64,000 nt of DNA, from NCBI RefSeq assembly GCF_009914755.1, contig NC_060931.1; one strand, 5' to 3'. Made by a program: the position numbers and the translations under genes. Each line of letters starts with the position of its first letter. The first letter of the stretch is position 1. The DNA comes from the human T2T-CHM13v2.0 reference genome, Homo sapiens. A model generated the notes under the pieces. It did no database searches. It was not told where the DNA came from and was given only the letters and a program-made list of their open reading frames with translations. Positions 37,701 to 51,900 of this stretch are shown piece by piece.

Positions 37701-40700
37701 TTTCATGCTAGACTAAGAAGAGTTCTCAGTAACTTTTTTGTGTTGTGTGTATTCAACTCACAGAGTTGAACCTTGCTTTAGAGAGAGCAGATTTGAAACA
37801 CTCTTGCTGTGGCATTTTCAGGTGGAGATTTCAAGCGATTTGAGGACAATTGCAGAAAAGGAAATATCTTCGTATAATAACCAGACAGAATCATTCTCAG
37901 AAAGTGCTTTGTGATGTGTGCGTTCAACTCACAGAGTTTAACCTTTCTTTTCATAGAGGAGTTTGGAAACACACTGTTTGTAAAGTCTGCAAGTGGATAC
38001 ATGGACCTGTTTGAGGCCTTCGTTGGAAACGGGATTTCTTCATTGAATGCTAGACGGAAGAATTCTCAGTAAATTCTTTGGGTTGTGTGCATTCAACTCA
38101 CAGAGTGGAACGTCCCTTTAGACAGAGCAGATTTGAAACACTCTTTTTGCGGAATTTGCAAGTGGAGATTTCTAGCCATTTGATGCCAACAGTAGAAAGG
38201 GAAATATCTTCAAATAAAAACCAGACAGAATCATTCTCAGAAAATTCTTTGTGATGTGTGCGTTCAACTCACATAGTTTAACCTTTCTTTTCATAGAGCA
38301 GTTTGGAAACACTCTGTTTGTAAAGTCTGCAAGTGGATATATGGAACTCTTTGAGGCCTTCGTTGGAAACGGGATTTCTTCATTTCATGCTAGACAGAAG
38401 AATTCTCAGTAACTTCTTTGTGCTGTGTGTATTCAACTCACAGAGTGGAACGTCCCTTTGCACAGAGCAGATTTGAAACACTCTTTTTGTGGAGTTTGCA
38501 AGTGGAGATTTCAAGCGATTTGATGCCAACAGTAGAAAAGGAAATATCTTCAAATAAAAACTAGACAGAATCATTCTCAGAAACTACTTTGTGATGTGTG
38601 CCTTCAACTCACAGAGTTTAACCTTTCTTTTCTTAGAGCAGTTTAGAAACACTCTGCTTGTTACGTCTGCAAGTGGATATTTGGACCTCTTTGAGGCCTT
38701 CGTTGCAAACGGGGTTTCTTCCTTTCATGCTAGACTAAGAAGAGTTCTCAGTAACTTTTTTGTGTTGTGTGTATTCAACTCACAGAGTTGAACCTTGCTT
38801 TAGAGAGAGCAGATTTGAAACACTCTCACTGTGGAATTTTCAGGTGGAGATTTCAAGCGATTTGAGGACAATTGCAGAAAAGGAAATATCTTCGTATAAT
38901 AACCAGACAGAATCATTCTCAGAAAGTGCTTTGTGATGTGTGCGTTCAACTCACAGAGTTTAACCTTTCTTTTCATAGAGGAGTTTGGAAACACACTGTT
39001 TGTAAAGTCTGCAAGTGGATACATGGACCTGTTTGAGGCCTTCGTTGGAAACGGGATTTCTTCATTGAATGCTAGACGGAAGAATTCTCAGTAAATTCTT
39101 TGTGTTGTGTGCATTCAACTCACAGAGTGGAACGTCCCTTTAGACAGAGCAGATTTGAAACACTCTTTTTGCGGAATTTGCAAGTGGAGATTTCTAGCCA
39201 TTTGATGCCAACAGTAGAAAGGGAAATATCTTCAAATAAAAACCAGACAGAATCATTCTCAGAAAATTCTTTGTGATGTGTGCGTTCAACTCACATAGTT
39301 TAACCTTTCTTTTCATAGAGCAGTTTGGAAACACTCTGTTTGTAAAGTCTGCAAGTGGATATATGGAACTCTTTGAGGCCTTCGTTGGAAACGGGATTTC
39401 TTCATTTCATGCTAGACAGAAGAATTCTCAGTAACTTCTTTGTGCTGTGTGTATTCAACTCACAGAGTGGAACGTCCCTTTGCACAGAGCAGATTTGAAA
39501 CACTCTTTTTGTGGAGTTTGCAAGTGGAGATTTCAAGCGATTTGATGCCAACAGTAGAAAAGGAAATATCTTCAAATAAAAACTAGACAGAATCATTCTC
39601 AGAAACTACTTTGTGATGTGTGCCTTCAACTCACAGAGTTTAACCTTTCTTTTCTTAGAGCAGTTTAGAAACACTCTGCTTGTTACGTCTGCAAGTGGAT
39701 ATTTGGACCTCTTTGAGGCCTTCGTTGCAAACGGGGTTTCTTCCTTTCATGCTAGACTAAGAAGAGTTCTCAGTAACTTTTTTGTGTTGTGTGTATTCAA
39801 CTCACAGAGTTGAACCTTGCTTTAGAGAGAGCAGATTTGAAACACTCTCACTGTGGAATTTTCAGGTGGAGATTTCAAGCGATTTGAGGACAATTGCAGA
39901 AAAGGAAATATCTTCGTATAATAACCAGACAGAATCATTCTCAGAAAGTGCTTTGTGATGTGTGCGTTCAACTCACAGAGTTTAACCTTTCTTTTCATAG
40001 AGGAGTTTGGAAACACACTGTTTGTAAAGTCTGCAAGTGGATACATGGACCTGTTTGAGGCCTTCGTTGGAAACGGGATTTCTTCATTGAATGCTAGACG
40101 GAAGAATTCTCAGTAAATTCTTTGTGTTGTGTGCATTCAACTCACAGAGTGGAACGTCCCTTTAGACAGAGCAGATTTGAAACACTCTTTTTGCGGAATT
40201 TGCAAGTGGAGATTTCTAGCCATTTGATGCCAACAGTAGAAAGGGAAATATCTTCAAATAAAAACCAGACAGAATCATTCTCAGCAAATTCTTTGTGATG
40301 TGTGCGTTCAACTCACATAGTTTAACCTTTCTTTTCATAGAGCAGTTTGGAAACACTCTGTTTGTAAAGTCTGCAAGTGGATATATGGACCGCATTGAGG
40401 CCTTCGTTGGAAACGGGATTTCTTCATTTCATGCTAGACAGAAGAATTCTCAGTAACTTCTTTGTGCTGTGTGTATTCAACTCACAGAGTGGAACGTCCC
40501 TTTGCACAGAGCAGATTTGAAACACTCTTTTTGTGGAGTTTGCAAGTGGAGATTTCAAGCGATTTGATGCCAACAGTAGAAAAGGAAATATCTTCAAATA
40601 AAAACTAGACAGAATCATTCTCAGAAACTACTTTGTGATGTGTGCCTTCAACTCACAGAGTTTAACCTTTCTTTTCTTAGAGCAGTTTAGAAACACTCTG

Positions 40701-41423
40701 CTTGTTACGTCTGCAAGTGGATATTTGGACCTCTTTGAGGCCTTCGTTGCAAACGGGGTTTCTTCCTTTCATGCTAGACTAAGAAGAGTTCTCAGTAACT
40801 TTTTTGTGTTGTGTGTATTCAACTCACAGAGTTGAACCTTGCTTTAGAGAGAGCAGATTTGAAACACTCTTGCTGTGGCATTTTCAGGTGGAGATTTCAA
40901 GCGATTTGAGGACAATTGCAGAAAAGGAAATATCTTCGTATAATAACCAGACAGAATCATTCTCAGAAAGTGCTTTGTGATGTGTGCGTTCAACTCACAG
41001 AGTTTAACCTTTCTTTTCATAGAGGAGTTTGGAAACACACTGTTTGTAAAGTCTGCAAGTGGATATATGGACCTGTTTGAGGCCTTCGTTGGAAACGGGA
41101 TTTCTTCATTGAATGCTAGACGGAAGAATTCTCAGTAAATTCTTTGTGTTGTGTGCATTCAACTCACAGAGTGGAACGTCCCTTTAGACAGAGCAGATTT
41201 GAAACACTCTTTTTGCGGAATTTGCAAGTGGAGATTTCTAGCCATTTGATGCCAACAGTAGAAAGGGAAATATCTTCAAATAAAAACCAGACAGAATCAT
41301 TCTCAGAAAATTCTTTGTGATGTGTGCGTTCAACTCACATAGTTTAACCTTTCTTTTCATAGAGCAGTTTGGAAACACTCTGTTTGTAAAGTCTGCAAGT
41401 GGATATATGGACCGCATTGAGGC

Positions 41424-41440
41424 CTTCATTGGAAACGGGA
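41424..41440 (+). promoter_or_regulatory. Disrupted CENP-B box 2 (CTTCATTGG; G>A at 41428)
   Basis: Core TTCG changed to TTCA. Confidence 0.85.
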
Positions 41441-44400
41441 TTTCTTCATTTCATGCTAGACAGAAGAATTCTCAGTAACTTCTTTGTGCTGTGTGTATTC
41501 AACTCACAGAGTGGAACGTCCCTTTACACAGAGCAGATTTGAAACACTCTTTTTGTGGAGTTTGCAAGTGGAGATTTCAAGCGATTTGATGCCAACAGTA
41601 GAAAAGGAAATATCTTCAAATAAAAACTAGACAGAATCATTCTCAGAAACTACTTTGTGATGTGTGCCTTCAACTCACAGAGTTTAACCTTTCTTTTCTT
41701 AGAGCAGTTTAGAAACACTCTGCTTGTTACGTCTGCAAGTGGATATTTGGACCTCTTTGAGGCCTTCGTTGCAAACGGGGTTTCTTCCTTTCATGCTAGA
41801 CTAAGAAGAGTTCTCAGTAACTTTTTTGTGTTGTGTGTATTCAACTCACAGAGTTGAACCTTGCTTTAGAGAGAGCAGATTTGAAACACTCTTGCTGTGG
41901 CATTTTCAGGTGGAGATTTCAAGCGATTTGAGGACAATTGCAGAAAAGGAAATATCTTCGTATAATAACCAGACAGAATCATTCTCAGAAAGTGCTTTGT
42001 GATGTGTGCGTTCAACTCACAGAGTTTAACCTTTCTTTTCATAGAGGAGTTTGGAAACACACTGTTTGTAAAGTCTGCAAGTGGATACATGGACCTGTTT
42101 GAGGCCTTCGTTGGAAACGGGATTTCTTCATTGAATGCTAGACGGAAGAATTCTCAGTAAATTCTTTGTGTTGTGTGCATTCAACTCACAGAGTGGAACG
42201 TCCCTTTAGACAGAGCAGATTTGAAACACTCTTTTTGCGGAATTTGCAAGTGGAGATTTCTAGCCATTTGATGCCAACAGTAGAAAGGGAAATATCTTCA
42301 AATAAAAACCAGACAGAATCATTCTCAGAAAATTCTTTGTGATGTGTGCGTTCAACTCACATAGTTTAACCTTTCTTTTCATAGAGCAGTTTGGAAACAC
42401 TCTGTTTGTAAAGTCTGCAAGTGGATATATGGACCGCATTGAGGCCTTCGTTGGAAACGGGATTTCTTCATTTCATGCTAGACAGAAGAATTCTCAGTAA
42501 CTTCTTTGTGCTGTGTGTATTCAACTCACAGAGTGGAACGTCCCTTTACACAGAGCAGATTTGAAACACTCTTTTTGTGGAGTTTGCAAGTGGAGATTTC
42601 AAGCGATTTGATGCCAACAGTAGAAAAGGAAATATCTTCAAATAAAAACTAGACAGAATCATTCTCAGAAACTACTTTGTGATGTGTGCCTTCAACTCAC
42701 AGAGTTTAACCTTTCTTTTCTTAGAGCAGTTTAGAAACACTCTGCTTGTTATGTCTGCAAGTGGATATTTGGACCTCTTTGAGGCCTTCGTTGCAAACGG
42801 GGTTTCTTCCTTTCATGCTAGACTAAGAAGAGTTCTCAGTAACTTTTTTGTGTTGTGTGTATTCAACTCACAGAGTTGAACCTTGCTTTAGAGAGAGCAG
42901 ATTTGAAACACTCTTGCTGTGGCATTTTCAGGTGGAGATTTCAAGCGATTTGAGGACAATTGCAGAAAAGGAAATATCTTCGTATAATAACCAGACAGAA
43001 TCATTCTCAGAAAGTGCTTTGTGATGTGTGCGTTCAACTCACAGAGTTTAACCTTTCTTTTCATAGAGGAGTTTGGAAACACACTGTTTGTAAAGTCTGC
43101 AAGTGGATACATGGACCTGTTTGAGGCCTTCGTTGGAAACGGGATTTCTTCATTGAATGCTAGACGGAAGAATTCTCAGTAAATTCTTTGGGTTGTGTGC
43201 ATTCAACTCACAGAGTGGAACGTCCCTTTAGACAGAGCAGATTTGAAACACTCTTTTTGCGGAATTTGCAAGTGGAGATTTCTAGCCATTTGATGCCAAC
43301 AGTAGAAAGGGAAATATCTTCAAATAAAAACCAGACAGAATCATTCTCAGAAAATTCTTTGTGATGTGTGCGTTCAACTCACATAGTTTAACCTTTCTTT
43401 TCATAGAGCAGTTTGGAAACACTCTGTTTGTAAAGTCTGCAAGTGGATATATGGAACTCTTTGAGGCCTTCGTTGGAAACGGGATTTCTTCATTTCATGC
43501 TAGACAGAAGAATTCTCAGTAACTTCTTTGTGCTGTGTGTATTCAACTCACAGAGTGGAACGTCCCTTTGCACAGAGCAGATTTGAAACACTCTTTTTGT
43601 GGAGTTTGCAAGTGGAGATTTCAAGCGATTTGATGCCAACAGTAGAAAAGGAAATATCTTCAAATAAAAACTAGACAGAATCATTCTCAGAAACTACTTT
43701 GTGATGTGTGCCTTCAACTCACAGAGTTTAACCTTTCTTTTCTTAGAGCAGTTTAGAAACACTCTGCTTGTTACGTCTGCAAGTGGATATTTGGACCTCT
43801 TTGAGGCCTTCGTTGCAAACGGGGTTTCTTCCTTTCATGCTAGACTAAGAAGAGTTCTCAGTAACTTTTTTGTGTTGTGTGTATTCAACTCACAGAGTTG
43901 AACCTTGCTTTAGAGAGAGCAGATTTGAAACACTCTCACTGTGGAATTTTCAGGTGGAGATTTCAAGCGATTTGAGGACAATTGCAGAAAAGGAAATATC
44001 TTCGTATAATAACCAGACAGAATCATTCTCAGAAAGTGCTTTGTGATGTGTGCGTTCAACTCACAGAGTTTAACCTTTCTTTTCATAGAGGAGTTTGGAA
44101 ACACACTGTTTGTAAAGTCTGCAAGTGGATACATGGACCTGTTTGAGGCCTTCGTTGGAAACGGGATTTCTTCATTGAATGCTAGACGGAAGAATTCTCA
44201 GTAAATTCTTTGTGTTGTGTGCATTCAACTCACAGAGTGGAACGTCCCTTTAGACAGAGCAGATTTGAAACACTCTTTTTGCGGAATTTGCAAGTGGAGA
44301 TTTCTAGCCATTTGATGCCAACAGTAGAAAGGGAAATATCTTCAAATAAAAACCAGACAGAATCATTCTCAGAAAATTCTTTGTGATGTGTGCGTTCAAC

Positions 44401-45511
44401 TCACATAGTTTAACCTTTCTTTTCATAGAGCAGTTTGGAAACACTCTGTTTGTAAAGTCTGCAAGTGGATATATGGACCGCATTGAGGCCTTCGTTGGAA
44501 ACGGGATTTCTTCATTTCATGCTAGACAGAAGAATTCTCAGTAACTTCTTTGTGCTGTGTGTATTCAACTCACAGAGTGGAACGTCCCTTTGCACAGAGC
44601 AGATTTGAAACACTCTTTTTGTGGAGTTTGCAAGTGGAGATTTCAAGCGATTTGATGCCAACAGTAGAAAAGGAAATATCTTCAAATAAAAACTAGACAG
44701 AATCATTCTCAGAAACTACTTTGTGATGTGTGCCTTCAACTCACAGAGTTTAACCTTTCTTTTCTTAGAGCAGTTTAGAAACACTCTGCTTGTTATGTCT
44801 GCAAGTGGATATTTGGACCTCTTTGAGGCCTTCGTTGCAAACGGGGTTTCTTCCTTTCATGCTAGACTAAGAAGAGTTCTCAGTAACTTTTTTGTGTTGT
44901 GTGTATTCAACTCACAGAGTTGAACCTTGCTTTAGAGAGAGCAGATTTGAAACACTCTTGCTGTGGCATTTTCAGGTGGAGATTTCAAGCGATTTGAGGA
45001 CAATTGCAGAAAAGGAAATATCTTCGTATAATAACCAGACAGAATCATTCTCAGAAAGTGCTTTGTGATGTGTGCGTTCAACTCACAGAGTTTAACCTTT
45101 CTTTTCATAGAGGAGTTTGGAAACACACTGTTTGTAAAGTCTGCAAGTGGATATATGGACCTGTTTGAGGCCTTCGTTGGAAACGGGATTTCTTCATTGA
45201 ATGCTAGACGGAAGAATTCTCAGTAAATTCTTTGTGTTGTGTGCATTCAACTCACAGAGTGGAACGTCCCTTTAGACAGAGCAGATTTGAAACACTCTTT
45301 TTGCGGAATTTGCAAGTGGAGATTTCTAGCCATTTGATGCCAACAGTAGAAAGGGAAATATCTTCAAATAAAAACCAGACAGAATCATTCTCAGAAAATT
45401 CTTTGTGATGTGTGCGTTCAACTCACATAGTTTAACCTTTCTTTTCATAGAGCAGTTTGGAAACACTCTGTTTGTAAAGTCTGCAAGTGGATATATGGAC
45501 CGCATTGAGGC

Positions 45512-45528
45512 CTTCATTGGAAACGGGA
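45512..45528 (+). promoter_or_regulatory. Disrupted CENP-B box 2 (CTTCATTGG; G>A at 45516)
   Basis: Core TTCG changed to TTCA, 4,088 bp after the 41428 copy. Confidence 0.85.
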
Positions 45529-45999
45529 TTTCTTCATTTCATGCTAGACAGAAGAATTCTCAGTAACTTCTTTGTGCTGTGTGTATTCAACTCACAGAGT
45601 GGAACGTCCCTTTACACAGAGCAGATTTGAAACACTCTTTTTGTGGAGTTTGCAAGTGGAGATTTCAAGCGATTTGATGCCAACAGTAGAAAAGGAAATA
45701 TCTTCAAATAAAAACTAGACAGAATCATTCTCAGAAACTACTTTGTGATGTGTGCCTTCAACTCACAGAGTTTAACCTTTCTTTTCTTAGAGCAGTTTAG
45801 AAACACTCTGCTTGTTACGTCTGCAAGTGGATATTTGGACCTCTTTGAGGCCTTCGTTGCAAACGGGGTTTCTTCCTTTCATGCTAGACTAAGAAGAGTT
45901 CTCAGTAACTTTTTTGTGTTGTGTGTATTCAACTCACAGAGTTGAACCTTGCTTTAGAGAGAGCAGATTTGAAACACTCTTGCTGTGGCATTTTCAGGT

Positions 46000-48900
46000 G
46001 GAGATTTCAAGCGATTTGAGGACAATTGCAGAAAAGGAAATATCTTCGTATAATAACCAGACAGAATCATTCTCAGAAAGTGCTTTGTGATGTGTGCGTT
46101 CAACTCACAGAGTTTAACCTTTCTTTTCATAGAGGAGTTTGGAAACACACTGTTTGTAAAGTCTGCAAGTGGATACATGGACCTGTTTGAGGCCTTCGTT
46201 GGAAACGGGATTTCTTCATTGAATGCTAGACGGAAGAATTCTCAGTAAATTCTTTGTGTTGTGTGCATTCAACTCACAGAGTGGAACGTCCCTTTAGACA
46301 GAGCAGATTTGAAACACTCTTTTTGCGGAATTTGCAAGTGGAGATTTCTAGCCATTTGATGCCAACAGTAGAAAGGGAAATATCTTCAAATAAAAACCAG
46401 ACAGAATCATTCTCAGAAAATTCTTTGTGATGTGTGCGTTCAACTCACATAGTTTAACCTTTCTTTTCATAGAGCAGTTTGGAAACACTCTGTTTGTAAA
46501 GTCTGCAAGTGGATATATGGACCGCATTGAGGCCTTCGTTGGAAACGGGATTTCTTCATTTCATGCTAGACAGAAGAATTCTCAGTAACTTCTTTGTGCT
46601 GTGTGTATTCAACTCACAGAGTGGAACGTCCCTTTACACAGAGCAGATTTGAAACACTCTTTTTGTGGAGTTTGCAAGTGGAGATTTCAAGCGATTTGAT
46701 GCCAACAGTAGAAAAGGAAATATCTTCAAATAAAAACTAGACAGAATCATTCTCAGAAACTACTTTGTGATGTGTGCCTTCAACTCACAGAGTTTAACCT
46801 TTCTTTTCTTAGAGCAGTTTAGAAACACTCTGCTTGTTATGTCTGCAAGTGGATATTTGGACCTCTTTGAGGCCTTCGTTGCAAACGGGGTTTCTTCCTT
46901 TCATGCTAGACTAAGAAGAGTTCTCAGTAACTTTTTTGTGTTGTGTGTATTCAACTCACAGAGTTGAACCTTGCTTTAGAGAGAGCAGATTTGAAACACT
47001 CTTGCTGTGGCATTTTCAGGTGGAGATTTCAAGCGATTTGAGGACAATTGCAGAAAAGGAAATATCTTCGTATAATAACCAGACAGAATCATTCTCAGAA
47101 AGTGCTTTGTGATGTGTGCGTTCAACTCACAGAGTTTAACCTTTCTTTTCATAGAGGAGTTTGGAAACACACTGTTTGTAAAGTCTGCAAGTGGATATAT
47201 GGACCTGTTTGAGGCCTTCGTTGGAAACGGGATTTCTTCATTGAATGCTAGACGGAAGAATTCTCAGTAAATTCTTTGTGTTGTGTGCATTCAACTCACA
47301 GAGTGGAACGTCCCTTTAGACAGAGCAGATTTGAAACACTCTTTTTGCGGAATTTGCAAGTGGAGATTTCTAGCCATTTGATGCCAACAGTAGAAAGGGA
47401 AATATCTTCAAATAAAAACCAGACAGAATCATTCTCAGAAAATTCTTTGTGATGTGTGCGTTCAACTCACATAGTTTAACCTTTCTTTTCATAGAGCAGT
47501 TTGGAAACACTCTGTTTGTAAAGTCTGCAAGTGGATATATGGACCGCATTGAGGCCTTCGTTGGAAACGGGATTTCTTCATTTCATGCTAGACAGAAGAA
47601 TTCTCAGTAACTTCTTTGTGCTGTGTGTATTCAACTCACAGAGTGGAACGTCCCTTTACACAGAGCAGATTTGAAACACTATTTTTGTGGAGTTTGCAAG
47701 TGGAGATTTCAAGCGATTTGATGCCAACAGTAGAAAAGGAAATATCTTCAAATAAAAACTAGACAGAATCATTCTCAGAAACTACTTTGTGATGTGTGCC
47801 TTCAACTCACAGAGTTTAACCTTTCTTTTCTTAGAGCAGTTTAGAAACACTCTGCTTGTTATGTCTGCAAGTGGATATTTGGACCTCTTTGAGGCCTTCG
47901 TTGCAAACGGGGTTTCTTCCTTTCATGCTAGACTAAGAAGAGTTCTCAGTAACTTTTTTGTGTTGTGTGTATTCAACTCACAGAGTTGAACCTTGCTTTA
48001 GAGAGAGCAGATTTGAAACACTCTTGCTGTGGCATTTTCAGGTGGAGATTTCAAGCGATTTGAGGACAATTGCAGAAAAGGAAATATCTTCGTATAATAA
48101 CCAGACAGAATCATTCTCAGAAAGTGCTTTGTGATGTGTGCGTTCAACTCACAGAGTTTAACCTTTCTTTTCATAGAGGAGTTTGGAAACACACTGTTTG
48201 TAAGGACTGCAAGTGGATATATGGACCTGTTTGAGGCCTTCGTTGGAAACGGGATTTCTTCATTGAATGCTAGACGGAAGAATTCTCAGTAAATTCTTTG
48301 TGTTGTGTGCATTCAACTCACAGAGTGGAACGTCCCTTTAGACAGAGCAGATTTGAAACACTCTTTTTGTGGAATTTGCAAGTGGAGATTTCTAGCCATT
48401 TGATGCCAACAGTAGAAAGGGAAATATCTTCAAATAAAAACCAGACAGAATCATTCTCAGAAAATTCTTTGTGATGTGTGCGTTCAACTCACATAGTTTA
48501 ACCTTTCTTTTCATAGAGCAGTTTGGAAACACTCTGTTTGTAAAGTCTGCAAGTGGATATATGGACCGCATTGAGGCCTTCGTTGGAAACGGGATTTCTT
48601 CATTTCATGCTAGACAGAAGAATTCTCAGTAACTTCTTTGTGCTGTGTGTATTCAACTCACAGAGTGGAACGTCCCTTTGCACAGAGCAGATTTGAAACA
48701 CTCTTTTTGTTGAGTTTGCAAGTGGAGATTTCAAGCGATTTGATGCCAACAGTAGAAAAGGAAATATCTTCAAATAAAAACTAGACAGAATCATTCTCAG
48801 AAACTACTTTGTGATGTGTGCCTTCAACTCACAGAGTTCAACCTTTCTTTTCTTAGAGCAGTTTAGAAACACTCTGCTTGTTATGTCTGCAAGTGGATAT

Positions 48901-51900
48901 TTGGACCTCTTTGAGGCCTTCGTTGCAAACGGGGTTTCTTCCTTTCATGCTAGACTAAGAAGAGTTCTCAGTAACTTTTTTGTGTTGTGTGTATTCAACT
49001 CACAGAGTTGAACCTTGCTTTAGAGAGAGAAGATTTGAAACACTCTTGCTGTGGCATTTTCAGGTGGAGATTTCAAGCGATTTGAGGACAATTGCAGAAA
49101 AGGAAATATCTTCGTATAATAACCAGACAGAATCATTCTCAGAAAGTGCTTTGTGATGTGTGCGTTCAACTCACAGAGTTTAACCTTTCTTTTCATAGAG
49201 GAGTTTGGAAACACACTGTTTGTAAAGTCTGCAAGTGGATACATGGACCTGTTTGAGGCCTTCGTTGGAAACGGGATTTCTTCATTGAATGCTAGACGGA
49301 AGAATTCTCAGTAAATTCTTTGTGTTGTGTGCATTCAACTCACAGAGTGGAACGTCCCTTTAGACAGAGCAGATTTGAAACACTCTTTTTGCGGAATTTG
49401 CAAGTGGAGATTTCTAGCCATTTGATGCCAACAGTAGAAAGGGAAATATCTTCAAATAAAAACCAGACAGAATCATTCTCAGAAAATTCTTTGTGATGTG
49501 TGCGTTCAACTCACATAGTTTAACCTTTCTTTTCATAGAGCAGTTTGGAAACACTCTGTTTGTAAAGTCTGCAAGTGGATATATGGACCGCATTGAGGCC
49601 TTCGTTGGAAACGGGATTTCTTCATTTCATGCTAGACAGAAGAATTCTCAGTAACTTCTTTGTGCTGTGTGTATTCAACTCACAGAGTGGAACGTCCCTT
49701 TACACAGAGCAGATTTGAAACACTCTTTTTGTGGAGTTTGCAAGTGGAGATTTCAAGCGATTTGATGCCAACAGTAGAAAAGGAAATATCTTCAAATAAA
49801 AACTAGACAGAATCATTCTCAGAAACTACTTTGTGATGTGTGCCTTCAACTCACAGAGTTTAACCTTTCTTTTCTTAGAGCAGTTTAGAAACACTCTGCT
49901 TGTTATGTCTGCAAGTGGATATTTGGACCTCTTTGAGGCCTTCGTTGCAAACGGGGTTTCTTCCTTTCATGCTAGACTAAGAAGAGTTCTCAGTAACTTT
50001 TTTGTGTTGTGTGTATTCAACTCACAGAGTTGAACCTTGCTTTAGAGAGAGCAGATTTGAAACACTCTTGCTGTGGCATTTTCAGGTGGAGATTTCAAGC
50101 GATTTGAGGACAATTGCAGAAAAGGAAATATCTTCGTATAATAACCAGACAGAATCATTCTCAGAAAGTGCTTTGTGATGTGTGCGTTCAACTCACAGAG
50201 TTTAACCTTTCTTTTCATAGAGGAGTTTGGAAACACACTGTTTGTAAAGTCTGCAAGTGGATATATGGACCTGTTTGAGGCCTTCGTTGGAAACGGGATT
50301 TCTTCATTGAATGCTAGACGGAAGAATTCTCAGTAAATTCTTTGTGTTGTGTGCATTCAACTCACAGAGTGGAACGTCCCTTTAGACAGAGCAGATTTGA
50401 AACACTCTTTTTGCGGAATTTGCAAGTGGAGATTTCTAGCCATTTGATGCCAACAGTAGAAAGGGAAATATCTTCAAATAAAAACCAGACAGAATCATTC
50501 TCAGAAAATTCTTTGTGATGTGTGCGTTCAACTCACATAGTTTAACCTTTCTTTTCATAGAGCAGTTTGGAAACACTCTGTTTGTAAAGTCTGCAAGTGG
50601 ATATATGGACCGCATTGAGGCCTTCGTTGGAAACGGGATTTCTTCATTTCATGCTAGACAGAAGAATTCTCAGTAACTTCTTTGTGCTGTGTGTATTCAA
50701 CTCACAGAGTGGAACGTCCCTTTACACAGAGCAGATTTGAAACACTATTTTTGTGGAGTTTGCAAGTGGAGATTTCAAGCGATTTGATGCCAACAGTAGA
50801 AAAGGAAATATCTTCAAATAAAAACTAGACAGAATCATTCTCAGAAACTACTTTGTGATGTGTGCCTTCAACTCACAGAGTTTAACCTTTCTTTTCTTAG
50901 AGCAGTTTAGAAACACTCTGCTTGTTATGTCTGCAAGTGGATATTTGGACCTCTTTGAGGCCTTCGTTGCAAACGGGGTTTCTTCCTTTCATGCTAGACT
51001 AAGAAGAGTTCTCAGTAACTTTTTTGTGTTGTGTGTATTCAACTCACAGAGTTGAACCTTGCTTTAGAGAGAGCAGATTTGAAACACTCTTGCTGTGGCA
51101 TTTTCAGGTGGAGATTTCAAGCGATTTGAGGACAATTGCAGAAAAGGAAATATCTTCGTATAATAACCAGACAGAATCATTCTCAGAAAGTGCTTTGTGA
51201 TGTGTGCGTTCAACTCACAGAGTTTAACCTTTCTTTTCATAGAGGAGTTTGGAAACACACTGTTTGTAAGGACTGCAAGTGGATATATGGACCTGTTTGA
51301 GGCCTTCGTTGGAAACGGGATTTCTTCATTGAATGCTAGACGGAAGAATTCTCAGTAAATTCTTTGTGTTGTGTGCATTCAACTCACAGAGTGGAACGTC
51401 CCTTTAGACAGAGCAGATTTGAAACACTCTTTTTGTGGAATTTGCAAGTGGAGATTTCTAGCCATTTGATGCCAACAGTAGAAAGGGAAATATCTTCAAA
51501 TAAAAACCAGACAGAATCATTCTCAGAAAATTCTTTGTGATGTGTGCGTTCAACTCACATAGTTTAACCTTTCTTTTCATAGAGCAGTTTGGAAACACTC
51601 TGTTTGTAAAGTCTGCAAGTGGATATATGGACCGCATTGAGGCCTTCGTTGGAAACGGGATTTCTTCATTTCATGCTAGACAGAAGAATTCTCAGTAACT
51701 TCTTTGTGCTGTGTGTATTCAACTCACAGAGTGGAACGTCCCTTTGCACAGAGCAGATTTGAAACACTCTTTTTGTTGAGTTTGCAAGTGGAGATTTCAA
51801 GCGATTTGATGCCAACAGTAGAAAAGGAAATATCTTCAAATAAAAACTAGACAGAATCATTCTCAGAAACTACTTTGTGATGTGTGCCTTCAACTCACAG

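Larger units (their letters stand above)
39300..47100 (+). repeat. Imperfect tandem duplication of a 4-HOR block (period 4,088 bp); ends approximate
   Basis: Variants pair at +4,088: 39368/43456, 39849/43937, 41428/45516, 41526/45614. Mismatches occur at 40285 and 40708. Confidence 0.72.
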
